Source: Wujia chipingensis
GTDB lineage: Bacteria > Bacteroidota > Bacteroidia > Bacteroidales > Muribaculaceae
DNA: 64,000 nucleotides
Assembly (NCBI GenBank): GCA_963655175.1
Contig: CAVKDU010000007.1
Location: 6,801-70,800, forward strand
Direction of reading: 5' to 3'
Below the pieces are notes generated by a model. The model ran no database searches. It was not told the origin of the DNA and saw only the letters and a program-made list of their open reading frames with translations. The stretch's first letter is position 1. Each line of letters starts with the position of its first letter. The position numbers and the translations under genes are program-made. Of the stretch, positions 1-10,431 are shown piece by piece.

Positions 1-2887
1 GCATGCTCTTGAAGTTGTAGCCCAGAGTCACATAGCTCAAGCGGATGTATGAGCCGTCTTCGATGAAGTTGCTCGACACAGTGTTGAAGTATGTGTTGAT
101 GAAGTTCTGGTCAAGAACAATAGGAGTGGTGTTGGGGCTGTAAGTGCCGTCGGGGTTTTGAACGACGCCCTTGAAGATTATCTCGCGGTTGCGGTACTTC
201 TCATAGAGGTGGTTCATACCGTTGCTGATGAGGCCGCGGTTGGTGACGTTGACCACGTCGCCGCCGCAACGGCCATCGAACAGGAACGACAGAGTGGCGT
301 TCTTATAGCGGAATGTAGAGCCGAGACCCATGAGGAAGTCGGGCTCGCGGTTACCAATGTAGTTACCCTTGACAGGGCTGATGAGGGGATAGCCGTCGGA
401 GTTGCAAATCACGTTGCCGTTGGGATCGCGCTGATAGTCCTTACCCGAGATACCGGTGGTAGAACCATGCAGGTAGGCGCTGGGGAAGATGTCGCCATAC
501 TGCGAACCCTGGATTTCCACGATGCCATCGGGCAGCGAACGCACGCGGCCGCGGTTGAACGAGGCATTCAGAGTGGCTGTCCAGCTGAAGTCCTTAGTTT
601 GGATAATGTCTTGTGCCAGAGTGAACTCCATACCGTAGTTCTCGATAGAACCCTCGTTGCGGGTTTGCAGAATGGTACCCGAAGCGGGCGACACGCGCAC
701 GCTCACAATCTGGTTGTCGACAGTGGTCGAGTAGTAGGCCACATCCAGGCGGGTGCGGCTGTTGAAGAAGCGCAGGTCGGCACCGATTTCCCAAGAGCTT
801 GTCATCTCAGGCACCAGTGTGATGGCGCGCGACACGGTGGGGTCTACACCATAACCGCCGTCGGGGAATGTGCTCCACTGCTTGTAGGTGTCGTTGAAGA
901 GGTAACGGGGGCAGTCCTTACCAACCTTTGCCCAGTTGCCGCGAATCTTACCATAAGAGAACCAGCTGTTCTGCAGATGGAAGAGTTCGCTGAAGATCAC
1001 ACCGGCAGTAACCGAAGGATAGAAGTAGGTCGGGCCCGACTGCTTCAGGCGCGAAGAGCCGTCGTAGCGGCCAGTCACAGAGAGCTGTGCCATGCCCTTG
1101 TAGTCGAAGCGGAGTTCGCCAAAGTAGCCATACTTGTTGTCTTTTGTGTGATAGAGATACATATTATAGTCGCTCGAGCCGCTGGCAGTGAAAGTGGTGG
1201 GGTCCACATTCTGGAAGCTGTAGAAGTCACCGTCGAGCATAAACTTCTGTCCTGCCATCTGAGCCTCATAGCTGCTTGTCTCCTTATACTCGGCACCGAA
1301 GAGGATGTTGAAGTTGTAATCCTCAGCAAATGTGCGCTTGTAGGTGGCAAGGAACTGAGCGGTAAACTGCTGGCCACGTGAGGGCTGGAAGGTGTAAGCG
1401 CCAAACTTGTATTGCATGTCGCTCAGTGCCTTCTGCACCTCGGGGTCGTTGATGTTGTTGAAGTCGCCAGAATAGAGGCGGGGCACGGTGTAGCTCTCAT
1501 AAGTAGTGTATGACTTATCGTAGCCGAGCTTGCCAGTGAACACGAGGTCTTTGATGGGCTCATAGGTGAGCTGACCATTAACGATGATGCGGTTGCTCTC
1601 GGTTTCGCTCTTGTCGCGGTAGCGGCCAAAGTAGGGCGAGATGCCGGCGCTGATGCGCTCGGTGTCGAGCAGCTGCTCCCAGTGGTCGTAGCGGTTGGCC
1701 CAGTTCACGTGACCATCAACGGTTTGATAGTCACTCATATCCTTATCGATCGACCAGTTGTAGACAGTAGACATTGCATTGCCAAAGCCACGCGACTTGC
1801 TGTTGACGAAGTTGGTGGTGAGCTGGAATGTAACCTGGTCAGACGGTTTGTAGAAACCTTTCAGGAACACGGTGAGCTGATTCTTGTAATCCTTGGGAAT
1901 CACACCGTCGCTGTTGGTGTAGCTGGCCGAAGCGTAAGAGTTGAACTTCTCAGTACCGCCCGAGATCGACACGTCATACTTCTGCATGATGCCGGTGCCC
2001 AGGAAGTTGCCAGTGTTGTCGTAGATCTTGTCTTGGGTGCGGGCGTAGGGGCCCCAGCCGCCTGAAGCTGAATTTTCTTTATAGAAGCCGTAGGTACCAG
2101 AGAGGAATGTCTTCTGGATTTTGGGAACGCGCATGGGCACGTTAACCTCAACGGTAGCAGTACCGTTAACGCTCACGGCGCCAGTCTTGTTACCGCTCTT
2201 GGTGGTAATCATGATCACACCGTTAGATGCCTCCTGGCCGTAGAGGGCCGATGCGGCAGCGCCTTTCAGCACCGACATGTTCTCAATGTCGTCGGGGTTG
2301 ATGTCGGAAAGCGAAGAACCCTTGCCGCGCACGGGCATACCGTCGATGATGATAAGCGGCTCATTGCTCTGCGAGGGGTTGACCGAAGAGATGGCGCGGA
2401 TAATCACCTGCGAAGAAGAGTTAGGCGAGCCACCACCGGTAGCTACCTGAAGACCAGATACTTTACCTTGCAGTGAGTTAACGAAGTTGTTAGAACCACC
2501 GGCAGTCACCTGGTCGTTGTTAAGCGACTGAACCGCGAAGTTAAGTTTCTTCTTTTCCTGGGTTTGACCCATGGCGGTTACAACCACTTCTTTAAGAACT
2601 TGAGAGTTCTCCTTCATCTCAATGTTGATGGTGGTTTGTTTGCCAACCTTCACCGAGATGGGATTCATTCCCACATAAGACACGTCAAGCACGTCGCCGT
2701 CGTTGACATCGAGAGTAAACTTTCCGTCGATGTCGGTAGCTGTGCCTTTAGATGTGCCATGCACCTGAATAGAAGCACCGATAATCGGGTCTTTGTCAGA
2801 GGCTTGCACAACTATGCCAGTCACAGTGCGGGCGAAGCCCATCACCGCAAAGAGGGAAAATAACAGAAGCAATAGCTGTTTTCTCAT
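1..2887 (-). CDS. SusC/RagA family TonB-linked outer membrane protein (3' end runs off the window start)
   Basis: The minus-strand frame is open from the window edge to the ATG at 2885-2887. It is absent from the ORF track because it is truncated by the edge. Hand translation starts MRKQLLLLLFSLFAVMGFA (signal peptide). It continues with a carboxypeptidase-regulatory-like domain (TGIVVQASDKDPIIGASIQVHGTSKGTATDIDGKFTL) and plug motifs (LIIIDGMPV, IENMSVLKGAAASALYGQEASNGVIMITTKSG). Near position 1 it reads FIEDGSYIRLSYVTLGYNF, typical of late SusC barrel strands. Confidence 0.9.
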   Translation of the reverse strand, partial: MRKQLLLLLFSLFAVMGFARTVTGIVVQASDKDPIIGASIQVHGTSKGTATDIDGKFTLDVNDGDVLDVSYVGMNPISVKVGKQTTINIEMKENSQVLKEVVVTAMGQTQEKKKLNFAVQSLNNDQVTAGGSNNFVNSLQGKVSGLQVATGGGSPNSSSQVIIRAISSVNPSQSNEPLIIIDGMPVRGKGSSLSDINPDDIENMSVLKGAAASALYGQEASNGVIMITTKSGNKTGAVSVNGTATVEVNVPMRVPKIQKTFLSGTYGFYKENSASGGWGPYARTQDKIYDNTGNFLGTGIMQKYDVSISGGTEKFNSYASASYTNSDGVIPKDYKNQLTVFLKGFYKPSDQVTFQLTTNFVNSKSRGFGNAMSTVYNWSIDKDMSDYQTVDGHVNWANRYDHWEQLLDTERISAGISPYFGRYRDKSETESNRIIVNGQLTYEPIKDLVFTGKLGYDKSYTTYESYTVPRLYSGDFNNINDPEVQKALSDMQYKFGAYTFQPSRGQQFTAQFLATYKRTFAEDYNFNILFGAEYKETSSYEAQMAGQKFMLDGDFYSFQNVDPTTFTASGSSDYNMYLYHTKDNKYGYFGELRFDYKGMAQLSVTGRYDGSSRLKQSGPTYFYPSVTAGVIFSELFHLQNSWFSYGKIRGNWAKVGKDCPRYLFNDTYKQWSTFPDGGYGVDPTVSRAITLVPEMTSSWEIGADLRFFNSRTRLDVAYYSTTVDNQIVSVRVSPASGTILQTRNEGSIENYGMEFTLAQDIIQTKDFSWTATLNASFNRGRVRSLPDGIVEIQGSQYGDIFPSAYLHGSTTGISGKDYQRDPNGNVICNSDGYPLISPVKGNYIGNREPDFLMGLGSTFRYKNATLSFLFDGRCGGDVVNVTNRGLISNGMNHLYEKYRNREIIFKGVVQNPDGTYSPNTTPIVLDQNFINTYFNTVSSNFIEDGSYIRLSYVTLGYNFKSM

Positions 2888-3058
2888 AATTACTTTTTTA
2901 TTGTTTTTATTACAGGTTTATTGTTTGCTTTTAATTTTAACCAGTAGTTGTTTCGTGGATAGTTTCCTATCGCTATGCAAGTGAAACAAAGCACAACAAC
3001 CCACGCAGCACGGGGCATTGCGCACCCGACACTTTGTGGTTATGGCCGTATTTCTTTA

Positions 3059-3066
3059 CAAACTTA
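3059..3066 (-). promoter_or_regulatory. Bacteroidetes -7 promoter box (TAAGTTTG on minus strand) upstream of the SusC-like gene
   Basis: Plus strand reads CAAACTTA, which is TAnnTTTG on the minus strand. It lies about 170 nt upstream of the ATG at 2887. Confidence 0.4.
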
Positions 3067-3333
3067 ATACTATTTTTCGAAATAAGACCCACTTGGCTAT
3101 GTTAAATAGCAGTCATTTAGCAATATTTTAACTTCGTGAACAGAAAATCATTATTATTAACATTGCTATTTTCGGTAGTTTTATTCGCTATTAATACATA
3201 ATGCGGTAAGCGAGCCGCTGAGGTTGCGCACCGATTACGCTATATTCCAAGCATTTGCGACACAGGCGTGCGAGCCGCCGGCATCACCCACTGCAATTAA
3301 ATACCAATCGGGACAAATGCGTTAACGTATATG

Positions 3334-3383
3334 TAAAAAATCGACGGCCACCACCCCACTCCACTGTGGGACGGCGACCGTCG
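3334..3383 (-). terminator. Putative intrinsic terminator after the GHL10-family gene
   Basis: Imperfect hairpin (CGACGG...CCCAC/GTGGG...CCGTCG). On the minus strand it is followed by a T-run (plus-strand AAAAAA at 3335-3340), just downstream of the stop at 3415. Confidence 0.45.
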
Positions 3384-3414
3384 CAAGTCTATAGTATGAA
3401 TAAAACCAAACGCG

Positions 3415-6400
3415 TTAGAGCGACAGCTTCACGGTGTGGGTCACGCCATCGGCTGTGGTGCATCGGAGCAGGTAAACGCCCTTGAAAGCATTTTTCTGAA
3501 TGGTTGCGGTGTTGTGCTTCACCAGCAGGCTACGGCCCGCTGCATCAAGCAGTTCAACCCTGCTAACCACCATACTCAACTCAATGAGGTTTCCACGAAC
3601 CGACACGCGCGGGCAGTCGGCCGCAGATATTGCAGCCTCAACGGCCGATTTTTCGGTCTGTGTCATGCGGTAGGCGGCAAGGCCGTTGCCCGGCACATAG
3701 AAGTAGAGGTCGGTGGTGGTGGCGTCAACGCTGTCGGCCACGCAAAGGGCGTTCCAGGTGTTGCTGTTCACATTGCCCAAGCCGCGCTTGGGCATGGTCC
3801 ACATGGCCTTGCTGCCCGACAGGGTGCCGCCCTGGCCGCAGCTGGCCAGAGTGAACTGGTAGCCGGTGTCGGTGGTGTGGTCGCCAGTGGGCAGCACCAC
3901 ATAGCGCTTGCCGCCGCAGGTGAACATGGCCATGCCGTTGGCCTGGCGGTGGCCCGACAGCACGTTGGTGCCGTTGTCGAACTGCTGCACTATGGCGCCG
4001 GTGGTGAAGTCGTAGAGGGCAAGGTCGATGCTGCTGCCCTTCACATAGGCCTGGGTGGCGCTCACGGGCCACACGCGCGGAGCGATGCCAAGCTGGCTGG
4101 CGCCGGCGGTGTAGGCCTTGATGTCGACCACACGGGTCGATGCGAGGCTGCCGTTTTCAAATATCCAGCGCACCAGCTGAGTGCCGCTCGACATGGCAGC
4201 AAACACTGTGAAATTGCCCGTGTTCACATCGCCCCACACGTTGCAGTGGTCGATGCGACCGGTGCTTGTGTCGTCGCAGGTGACCGAAGCCACCACAGTG
4301 ACTTCGCCCGTTTCGGGATTCACGCGGCAAATGCTGAGCGGAGTGGTGCTGATGCGCAGCGTGAGGTTGCTAATCAGCACGTTGCCGGCATTGTCGGTGA
4401 AGATGTCGTTGCCCGGCAGATAGGGCACCTGCGAGTCTTCGCCCACGATCACGGTCTTCAGCTTTTCGCCGGTGGCCTTGTCGTAGTGGTCGATGGTGAC
4501 CTGCGAGCCTTGCGTGTTTTCGGCGCGGCCCACCACCAGCAGGCGGTCGGCATAGGCGGTGAAGCCACGGTTGCACAGGCCGTCGCTTGCAAAGGCCACG
4601 TTGGCATACGGGTCTTTCACCGCGCGCAGCCATGTGCTGCTGAGAGTCGATACGGTGGTCTTCGCCCCTTCCGTCACCTCTATATTATTATATGTGTCGA
4701 TGTCGCGGCGGCGCACGTAGCCCGGCTCGTAGTTGCCAGTGGGAATAGCTGTCACGGTGAACTGGCGCGGACCGGTGGCATTGTCGAGGCAATACTCGGC
4801 CCCGGTCACCACACGCCAGTAGAATTTGCCCTTGCCAATGGCGGCAACCTCGCAAAGCGCCTGCCACTGACCGGCGTTTTCGGCCATGTCGCGCTGCCAC
4901 ACCACGTTGGCAAACTTGGCGTCGGTGGCCACCTGGGCCACAACGCTCTGCACATCGGCAGCCTTGCATGCCATCACAAAGTCGCTGTCGGTCGAGAAGC
5001 CGTCGGCAGGCGACACAAGCGTGGCCACGGAGGCGGGGCTGCGCTTGGGCGACGTGAATGTGGCCGTTGGGCCGGTGGTGGCGAAGCGGCCTTGCTGACT
5101 GGTGGTTACGCGCCAGTAGTAGGTGGCGGCTGACTCGAGTGTGGCAAGGTTGAATGTGGTGCTGGGCTCGGTGAGCGAGCTGCGCTCGAGCACCACGCTC
5201 GAGAATGCGCTGTCGGGGCTCACCTGAATGCGATAGGTGGCCTCGCTGCTGGCTGCGGTCCACTTAAACTCCTGATTCCAAGTGGTGGCGGCACCGCCGA
5301 CGGGCGATATGGGAGTGGCCGTGTCGGCCTGGCCGGCAGGGGCGTTGAGATAGGCGGGGTCGAACTCATTGTTCCAGCCGTCGACCACGCACACCGCATA
5401 CCAATGGTCTTTTGCAAGGTCGGCCGAGAGTTCATAGTTGGGGCTGTAGGTGAGGGCCACCAGATAGTCGGACTTGATGCCGCCAAACTTCTCGCTCATT
5501 ATGTCGGCGGGCGACACACTACTGGGGAAGGCATACACCGAATACTTCATCAGCTTCTTGTCGACACCCGTCCAAGTGAGGGTGTTGCCGCTGAGCTTGA
5601 GGTTGGCCGGGGCGTCGTAGTTGCCCTTCTCCTTCCACGTGAGCGCGGGCGGCAGGGCGGGATGCTGGAAGCAATTGGCCTTCAGGTAGTCGCCAAAGCC
5701 GCTGATGGCCGGGCCGTTGAGGTATTTTGCCGAATAGAAGTTCACGCCGGGGGCGTTGTCTTCATTATACTGGCGCGAATAGTTGATTTGAGCCAGAATC
5801 TCGTCCCAGTCGCTCTTGGAGTTGGTGCCGGCCATGAAGTAGATGTTGTGGCTGGCATAGTGGTGGCGGCCAAAGTGATGGGCGGCATAGCTCCACCACT
5901 TGGTGAGCGGGCCGAAGGGGTTGGTGGCGTGGTTGGTCTTCCAATAGAGCTGGGGCGATATGTAGTCGATGGTGCCCTCCTCGAGCCACGCCAGCGGGTC
6001 GCTGTAGATGGTGTTGTACTGCCAGTCGCTGCCCACGGGGCAGGGGTCTACGTTGTGCTTCGAGGCCGAGGTGGCGGCAGTGCCGGCAACACCGGCGGGG
6101 CCGATGCCAAACTTTACAAACGGCTTGGTGGCCTGCACCATGTTATAGACGTCGGCCACCATCTGGTTCACGTTGGCGCGGCGCCAGTTGGCCAGCGACA
6201 TCGAAGTGCCGCTCTGCTTCCACTGCTGGTAGTCGGGAGCGTCGGTGCCGGTGCTGAGGCCGGCGCCGGGATAGAAGTAGTCGTCGAATATGATGCCGTC
6301 GATGTCGTAGTTCTGAATCATTTCGCGGCACACATCCACCACGCGCTTGCGCGACGCTTCAAGGGCGGGGTTGAACACTTGGTCGCCATTGTTGTCGATG

Positions 6401-6867
6401 AGCACACCCGAGGCCTTCACGGCCTCGTCTTGCGGAGTGGTGTTGTCGGTGCCGCCCTTTTTGCTGAAGCGGTAGGGGTTGACCCACACGTGGCACTCCA
6501 TGCCGCGCTTGTGGCACTCCTCAACGGCAAATGCCAGAGGATCCCAGCCCGGGTCCTTGCCGCGGGTGCCGGTGAGGTAGGCCGACCACGGCTCGTAGCT
6601 CGACTTGTAGAGAGCGTCGGCCATGGGGCGCACCTGCAGGCAGATGGCATTCATGTTGTCGCGGTGAAAACCGTCGATGAATACGAGCAGTTCCTGCTTT
6701 TGCTTTGCAATAACGCTGGCGCCGGTGCCGCGCGTGCTGGGCCAGTCGATGTTGGCCACCGTGGCAATCCACGCCGTGCGCATCTCGCGCTTCTGAGCCT
6801 CGCCGGCCCTGATGCCCATCGCGGTCATCAGCAGCGCCAAGGCTGTGAGGAGTAGTTTTCTTGTCAT
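3415..6867 (-). CDS. Glycoside-hydrolase-like GHL10 (DUF187/YngK-like) family protein with Fn3-like repeats, a propeller-like region and a T9SS C-terminal sorting domain
   Basis: 1150-aa ORF with a signal peptide (MTRKLLLTALALLMTAMGIRA). The N-terminal domain has MRTAWIATVANIDWPS and ECHVWVNPYRF, characteristic of GHL10. Two similar modules end in YYWRV and FYWRV. The C-terminus (KGVYLLRCTTADGVTHTVKLSL) looks like a T9SS CTD. Confidence 0.8.
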   Translation of the reverse strand: MTRKLLLTALALLMTAMGIRAGEAQKREMRTAWIATVANIDWPSTRGTGASVIAKQKQELLVFIDGFHRDNMNAICLQVRPMADALYKSSYEPWSAYLTGTRGKDPGWDPLAFAVEECHKRGMECHVWVNPYRFSKKGGTDNTTPQDEAVKASGVLIDNNGDQVFNPALEASRKRVVDVCREMIQNYDIDGIIFDDYFYPGAGLSTGTDAPDYQQWKQSGTSMSLANWRRANVNQMVADVYNMVQATKPFVKFGIGPAGVAGTAATSASKHNVDPCPVGSDWQYNTIYSDPLAWLEEGTIDYISPQLYWKTNHATNPFGPLTKWWSYAAHHFGRHHYASHNIYFMAGTNSKSDWDEILAQINYSRQYNEDNAPGVNFYSAKYLNGPAISGFGDYLKANCFQHPALPPALTWKEKGNYDAPANLKLSGNTLTWTGVDKKLMKYSVYAFPSSVSPADIMSEKFGGIKSDYLVALTYSPNYELSADLAKDHWYAVCVVDGWNNEFDPAYLNAPAGQADTATPISPVGGAATTWNQEFKWTAASSEATYRIQVSPDSAFSSVVLERSSLTEPSTTFNLATLESAATYYWRVTTSQQGRFATTGPTATFTSPKRSPASVATLVSPADGFSTDSDFVMACKAADVQSVVAQVATDAKFANVVWQRDMAENAGQWQALCEVAAIGKGKFYWRVVTGAEYCLDNATGPRQFTVTAIPTGNYEPGYVRRRDIDTYNNIEVTEGAKTTVSTLSSTWLRAVKDPYANVAFASDGLCNRGFTAYADRLLVVGRAENTQGSQVTIDHYDKATGEKLKTVIVGEDSQVPYLPGNDIFTDNAGNVLISNLTLRISTTPLSICRVNPETGEVTVVASVTCDDTSTGRIDHCNVWGDVNTGNFTVFAAMSSGTQLVRWIFENGSLASTRVVDIKAYTAGASQLGIAPRVWPVSATQAYVKGSSIDLALYDFTTGAIVQQFDNGTNVLSGHRQANGMAMFTCGGKRYVVLPTGDHTTDTGYQFTLASCGQGGTLSGSKAMWTMPKRGLGNVNSNTWNALCVADSVDATTTDLYFYVPGNGLAAYRMTQTEKSAVEAAISAADCPRVSVRGNLIELSMVVSRVELLDAAGRSLLVKHNTATIQKNAFKGVYLLRCTTADGVTHTVKLSL

Positions 6868-6920
6868 TTTTTTGCTTTGGTTTTGTATAGTTTTTTAATG
6901 CAATTATGTTGATGATGTTT

Positions 6921-6928
6921 CAAAGTTA
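6921..6928 (-). promoter_or_regulatory. -7 promoter box (TAACTTTG on minus strand) for the GHL10-family gene
   Basis: Plus strand CAAAGTTA, about 55 nt upstream of the ATG at 6867. Confidence 0.45.
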
Positions 6929-7084
6929 CAGCAAAAAACGCACTTGGGCAAGCGGCAGCGGGCAGCCGCGGGCAAAACGGGCCGACTCCTATTCAATTTA
7001 ATAGAATTTAGGGGTTAGTGCATGCCGCGGGGGCATTTCGTTGAAAATTTGTAACCTAAAGGGCGACAAAAGCAAAAAAATGAC

Positions 7085-7092
7085 TAATTTTG
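7085..7092 (+). promoter_or_regulatory. -7 promoter box TAATTTTG for the LRR surface protein gene
   Basis: Exact TAnnTTTG match about 65 nt upstream of the ATG at 7156. Confidence 0.5.
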
Positions 7093-7155
7093 CACATAAC
7101 CACATAGGTAAATAATATTTATAATCATATTTTAATTAATAACACTCGATTAGGC

Positions 7156-9108
7156 ATGAAGAAACATCTACTCCTTTCGGCTGCAATCTGCCTTATGGCA
7201 GGCGCAGCCTCGGCCCAGAGCTTCACTGTGGACAAAATCACCTACACCGTGACCTCGGGCAACAATGTGGCCGTGACCAAATGCGCCGTGAACGGCGCAG
7301 TGGTGGTGCCCGCCACCATCACCGACAGCGAAGGCTCGGGCGAGACCTACAATGTGACCGCCATAGGCAAAGAGGCATTTAAAGACTTCTCGTCGAAGGT
7401 GACAGCCGTGACGCTGCCCTCGACCATCACCGAGATTGGCGAAGGCGCATTCTACTACTGCAAGATGGCAAGCATCAACATTCCCGACGGCATCACCGAA
7501 ATCCCGACAAAGGCTTTCTACAGCTGCACCAAGCTGACGTCGATCGAGCTGCCCGCCAGCGTCACCAAGATTGGCCCCAACGCATTCAGCAGCTGCACGG
7601 TGCTCACCAGCTGCAACATACCCTCGGGCGTGACCGTGATCGACAAATACACTTTCCAAAACTGCTCGAAGCTGGCCAAGGTGGAGCTGCCCGCCACCGT
7701 GAAGGTGATTCGCGACAACGCCTTCAACGCCTGCAAGGCCCTCACCTCGGTTGAGCTGCCCGAAAGCGTAGACTCAATCGGCTCGATGGCTTTCTACAAC
7801 TGCTCGTTCCTGAAAGAGGTGAAGCTGCCCTCGAAGGTGACAGTGATACCCTTCGGCGCATTCCAGAGCACAGCGCTCGAGACGTTTGCCATTCCAGCCT
7901 CGATAAAGGTGGTTGAAGGCTCGGCGCTGAAAAACTGCACCCAGCTCACCAGCGTCACAGTGCCCGCCAGCGTCGACTCGATTGGCGAGCAGGTGTTCAC
8001 TCAGTGCGCCAAGCTCACCAGCATCAGCGTGGACGCGGCCAACAAGACCTACAGTTCGCAAGACGGCGCGCTGCTGAGCAAGGACAAGACGGTGCTCTAC
8101 ACCGTGCCCGGCTCGGTTACGGCCTACACCATTCCCGCCACAGTCACCGCCCTGGGCAACTATGCCTTCGACTACTGCACCAAGCTGGAGGCCGTGAAGC
8201 TGCCCGCCAGCGTGAGCAAAATTGGCCACCACGCATTTGAGTATGCTCAGGCCCTCACCAGCATCGAAATTCCCGCCGCAGTGACCGAGCTGCCCAACCA
8301 CGTGTTTTTCCACGCCGACAAGCTCGCCTCGGTGAAGCTGCCCAGCACGCTCAAAAAGTTTGGCCAGTACACATTCGGCTACACCGCCATTGAGCAAATC
8401 GAGCTGCCCGCACTCATCGACACCATTCCGGCCAACGCCTTCAGCAACTGCACCAAGCTGGCCAAAGTGGAAATGCCCGCCACAGTGAAATACATCGGCG
8501 GCTATGCATTCCAGTCGTGCAAGGCCCTGACCGGCTTCACATTCCCCACCTCGCTGGAGAAGATCGACAACTACGCATTCAGCAACTGCGCCGCCCTCAC
8601 CAGCATCGACCTGCCCTACAGCCTGCGCGCCATTGGCAACAACACATTCGCCGCATGCTCGGGCATCGAGAGCATCAAAATTCCCGAAGGCGTGGAAAGC
8701 GTGGGCAACAGCTGCTTCTTCAACTGCGCCAAGCTGGCCACTGTGGAGCTGCCCAGCACACTGAAGACCTATGGCACAGCCGTGTTCAACAACAGCAAGG
8801 CCATCACCAAGGTGATAGCCCACGCCAAAGAGCCTGCCACCATCACCGACAAGGTGTTCTACACCGACGTCTACACCAAGGCCGAACTGCAAGTGCAGAG
8901 CGAGTCGGTTGAGGCCTACAAGGCCGCAGCCGTGTGGAGCAAGTTTGCCACCATCAACGGCGGTGCCACCCCCACAGGTGTTGAGACGGTGAAAATGACC
9001 ACGGCCGACGACGCCAACGCACCCTACTACAACCTGAACGGCGTGCGCGTGTACAACCCCGAGCGCGGCATCTACATTCACAACGGCAAAAAGGTGATGG
9101 TGAAGTAA
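7156..9108 (+). CDS. BspA-like leucine-rich repeat surface protein with T9SS C-terminal sorting domain
   Basis: 650-aa ORF with a signal peptide. It has more than 20 tandem roughly 23-aa repeats of the form LxSVxIPxSVxxIGxxAFxxCxxL (LRR_5/BspA type). The C-terminus (YYNLNGVRVYNPERGIYIHNGKKVMVK) is T9SS-CTD-like. Confidence 0.8.
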   Translation: MKKHLLLSAAICLMAGAASAQSFTVDKITYTVTSGNNVAVTKCAVNGAVVVPATITDSEGSGETYNVTAIGKEAFKDFSSKVTAVTLPSTITEIGEGAFYYCKMASINIPDGITEIPTKAFYSCTKLTSIELPASVTKIGPNAFSSCTVLTSCNIPSGVTVIDKYTFQNCSKLAKVELPATVKVIRDNAFNACKALTSVELPESVDSIGSMAFYNCSFLKEVKLPSKVTVIPFGAFQSTALETFAIPASIKVVEGSALKNCTQLTSVTVPASVDSIGEQVFTQCAKLTSISVDAANKTYSSQDGALLSKDKTVLYTVPGSVTAYTIPATVTALGNYAFDYCTKLEAVKLPASVSKIGHHAFEYAQALTSIEIPAAVTELPNHVFFHADKLASVKLPSTLKKFGQYTFGYTAIEQIELPALIDTIPANAFSNCTKLAKVEMPATVKYIGGYAFQSCKALTGFTFPTSLEKIDNYAFSNCAALTSIDLPYSLRAIGNNTFAACSGIESIKIPEGVESVGNSCFFNCAKLATVELPSTLKTYGTAVFNNSKAITKVIAHAKEPATITDKVFYTDVYTKAELQVQSESVEAYKAAAVWSKFATINGGATPTGVETVKMTTADDANAPYYNLNGVRVYNPERGIYIHNGKKVMVK

Positions 9109-9135
9109 CACCGTCACAAGCATAACCAATATCCA

Positions 9136-9177
9136 CAAAGCCCCTGCGCAGAGTTAAAAATCTGCACAGGGGCTTTG
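9136..9177 (+). terminator. Hairpin after the LRR gene (possible terminator)
   Basis: 11-bp perfect stem CAAAGCCCCTG/CAGGGGCTTTG with an inner 5/6 extension. There is no long T-run. Confidence 0.4.
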
Positions 9178-9241
9178 CTATTGCGGGCGGGTTGGAGTAT
9201 CTTTGCAGCGGCGCGGCTACCATGCCACGCCGCTGCAAGTT

Positions 9242-9745
9242 ATGACAACGATGACTATAAAAACAGTATTGGCCGCTGCAGCCGCAACGCTTGCCCTGGC
9301 GGCATGCCACCCCACAGAACAGAACTACAAGGCCGCCTACGACAAGTCGGTGAGCCGCACCAAGGAAAATGTGGGCCTTGAGGCCTACAACAAGGTGATT
9401 GAGGAGAACATCCGCAACACCTACACGGTGAACGGCGACAGCATACGCCTGATTATTGACCGGTGCAATGTGGTCGACGGCAAGCCCGACGAGGTTATGC
9501 CCTACAGCGTGATTGTGGCCGAATTCAAGCAGAAGTTCAACGCCACCAGCTACCGCGACCGCCTGCGCAGCGAACTGCAGCAGCCGGCCTACATCGTGTG
9601 GACGGCCACCGACCAGAAGTATTGCGTGGCCGTGCGCGGATTTGACTCGGCAGCCGAGGCCGCGGCCTATATCAAGGACATCAATCACAAAATGAAGAAA
9701 CTGCCCCCGCTGGTGAAAAAGGTATGGGTGCTGCAGAGGAACTAA
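9242..9745 (+). CDS. Lipoprotein with C-terminal SPOR-like domain
   Basis: An in-frame ATG at 9242 gives MTTMTIKTVLAAAAATLALAAC, a lipoprotein signal with Cys. The C-terminal half (PYSVIVAEFKQKFNATSYRDRL...KYCVAVRGFDSAAEAAAYIKDI) resembles a SPOR peptidoglycan-binding repeat. Confidence 0.55.
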   Translation: MTTMTIKTVLAAAAATLALAACHPTEQNYKAAYDKSVSRTKENVGLEAYNKVIEENIRNTYTVNGDSIRLIIDRCNVVDGKPDEVMPYSVIVAEFKQKFNATSYRDRLRSELQQPAYIVWTATDQKYCVAVRGFDSAAEAAAYIKDINHKMKKLPPLVKKVWVLQRN

Positions 9746-10386
9746 CGGGGCTCAAGCGGCTGTGGCAGCTGGGGTTCGGCGATCCGATGGAGTGGATCGA
9801 CCAATTCTTCGGCAGCTATTCCACCGCGGCCAACCGCTATGCCACCATGCTCGGCGGCACGCCAGTGGCCGAGCTGCACGCGCTGCGCTACAGCGGCGGA
9901 GCGTATATATATGGTGTAACCACCCACCCCAGCTACAGGCGGCGCGGGCTGGGGCTGCGGCTCATGACCGCGGCTCTGGAGTCGCTGTGCCGCCAGGGAG
10001 TGCCGCGAGCCATGCTCATAGCCGAGAGGCCGGGGCTGCGGCAGTGGTATGCCGCAATGGGATTCAGTCTGGCCGGCAGCACGGTGGAGGTGACGGGCTA
10101 CACCGGCGAGAATCTGAGCATGGACGACGCCGCGCTCAACGTGCCCATGCTGCGCGTGACCAGTGCCAAGGCCTACATCGACGCCTACCGCACGCGCCAC
10201 CCCGAGTGGCAGGCGCGCGACATTGCCGTGCGCGATCCCCTTGTGGCCGGCAACTGCGGCATTTACCACGCCGACGGCCAATTTGAGCCCATGCCTCAGC
10301 CGCCGCAAGGCGCAATATCGCCGCAAGAGCTCGCCGCGCAACTGCCGCTGCCGCCCAAGCCGCACATCACCATTCCGCCGCAATAA
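9724..10386 (+). CDS. GNAT family N-acetyltransferase
   Basis: Acetyl-CoA binding motif region: IYGVTTHPSYRRRGLGLRLMTAALESLCRQG...WYAAMGFS. The start is uncertain; the ATG at 9724 overlaps the previous gene by 22 nt. Confidence 0.7.
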   Translation: MGAAEELTGLKRLWQLGFGDPMEWIDQFFGSYSTAANRYATMLGGTPVAELHALRYSGGAYIYGVTTHPSYRRRGLGLRLMTAALESLCRQGVPRAMLIAERPGLRQWYAAMGFSLAGSTVEVTGYTGENLSMDDAALNVPMLRVTSAKAYIDAYRTRHPEWQARDIAVRDPLVAGNCGIYHADGQFEPMPQPPQGAISPQELAAQLPLPPKPHITIPPQ

Positions 10387-10431
10387 CCTTTTTTCACAGC
10401 GCGCGGGCGGCCACATTTGGCAAATGTGCGC

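Noticed and set aside
158-1381. 407-aa plus-strand ORF at the window start.
   Set aside because: It is antisense to the SusC-like gene, whose minus-strand frame is open across the whole 1-2887 interval and shows plug and barrel motifs.
3436-6855. Two very long plus-strand ORFs (3436-5133, 565 aa; 5404-6855, 483 aa) antisense to the GHL10-family gene.
   Set aside because: They are shadow ORFs. Their products are monotonous Ala/Gly/Val/His/Arg sequence with no motifs, while the opposite strand carries a signal peptide, family motifs and a T9SS domain. The strong GC3 bias of the real genes suppresses stop codons on the antisense strand.
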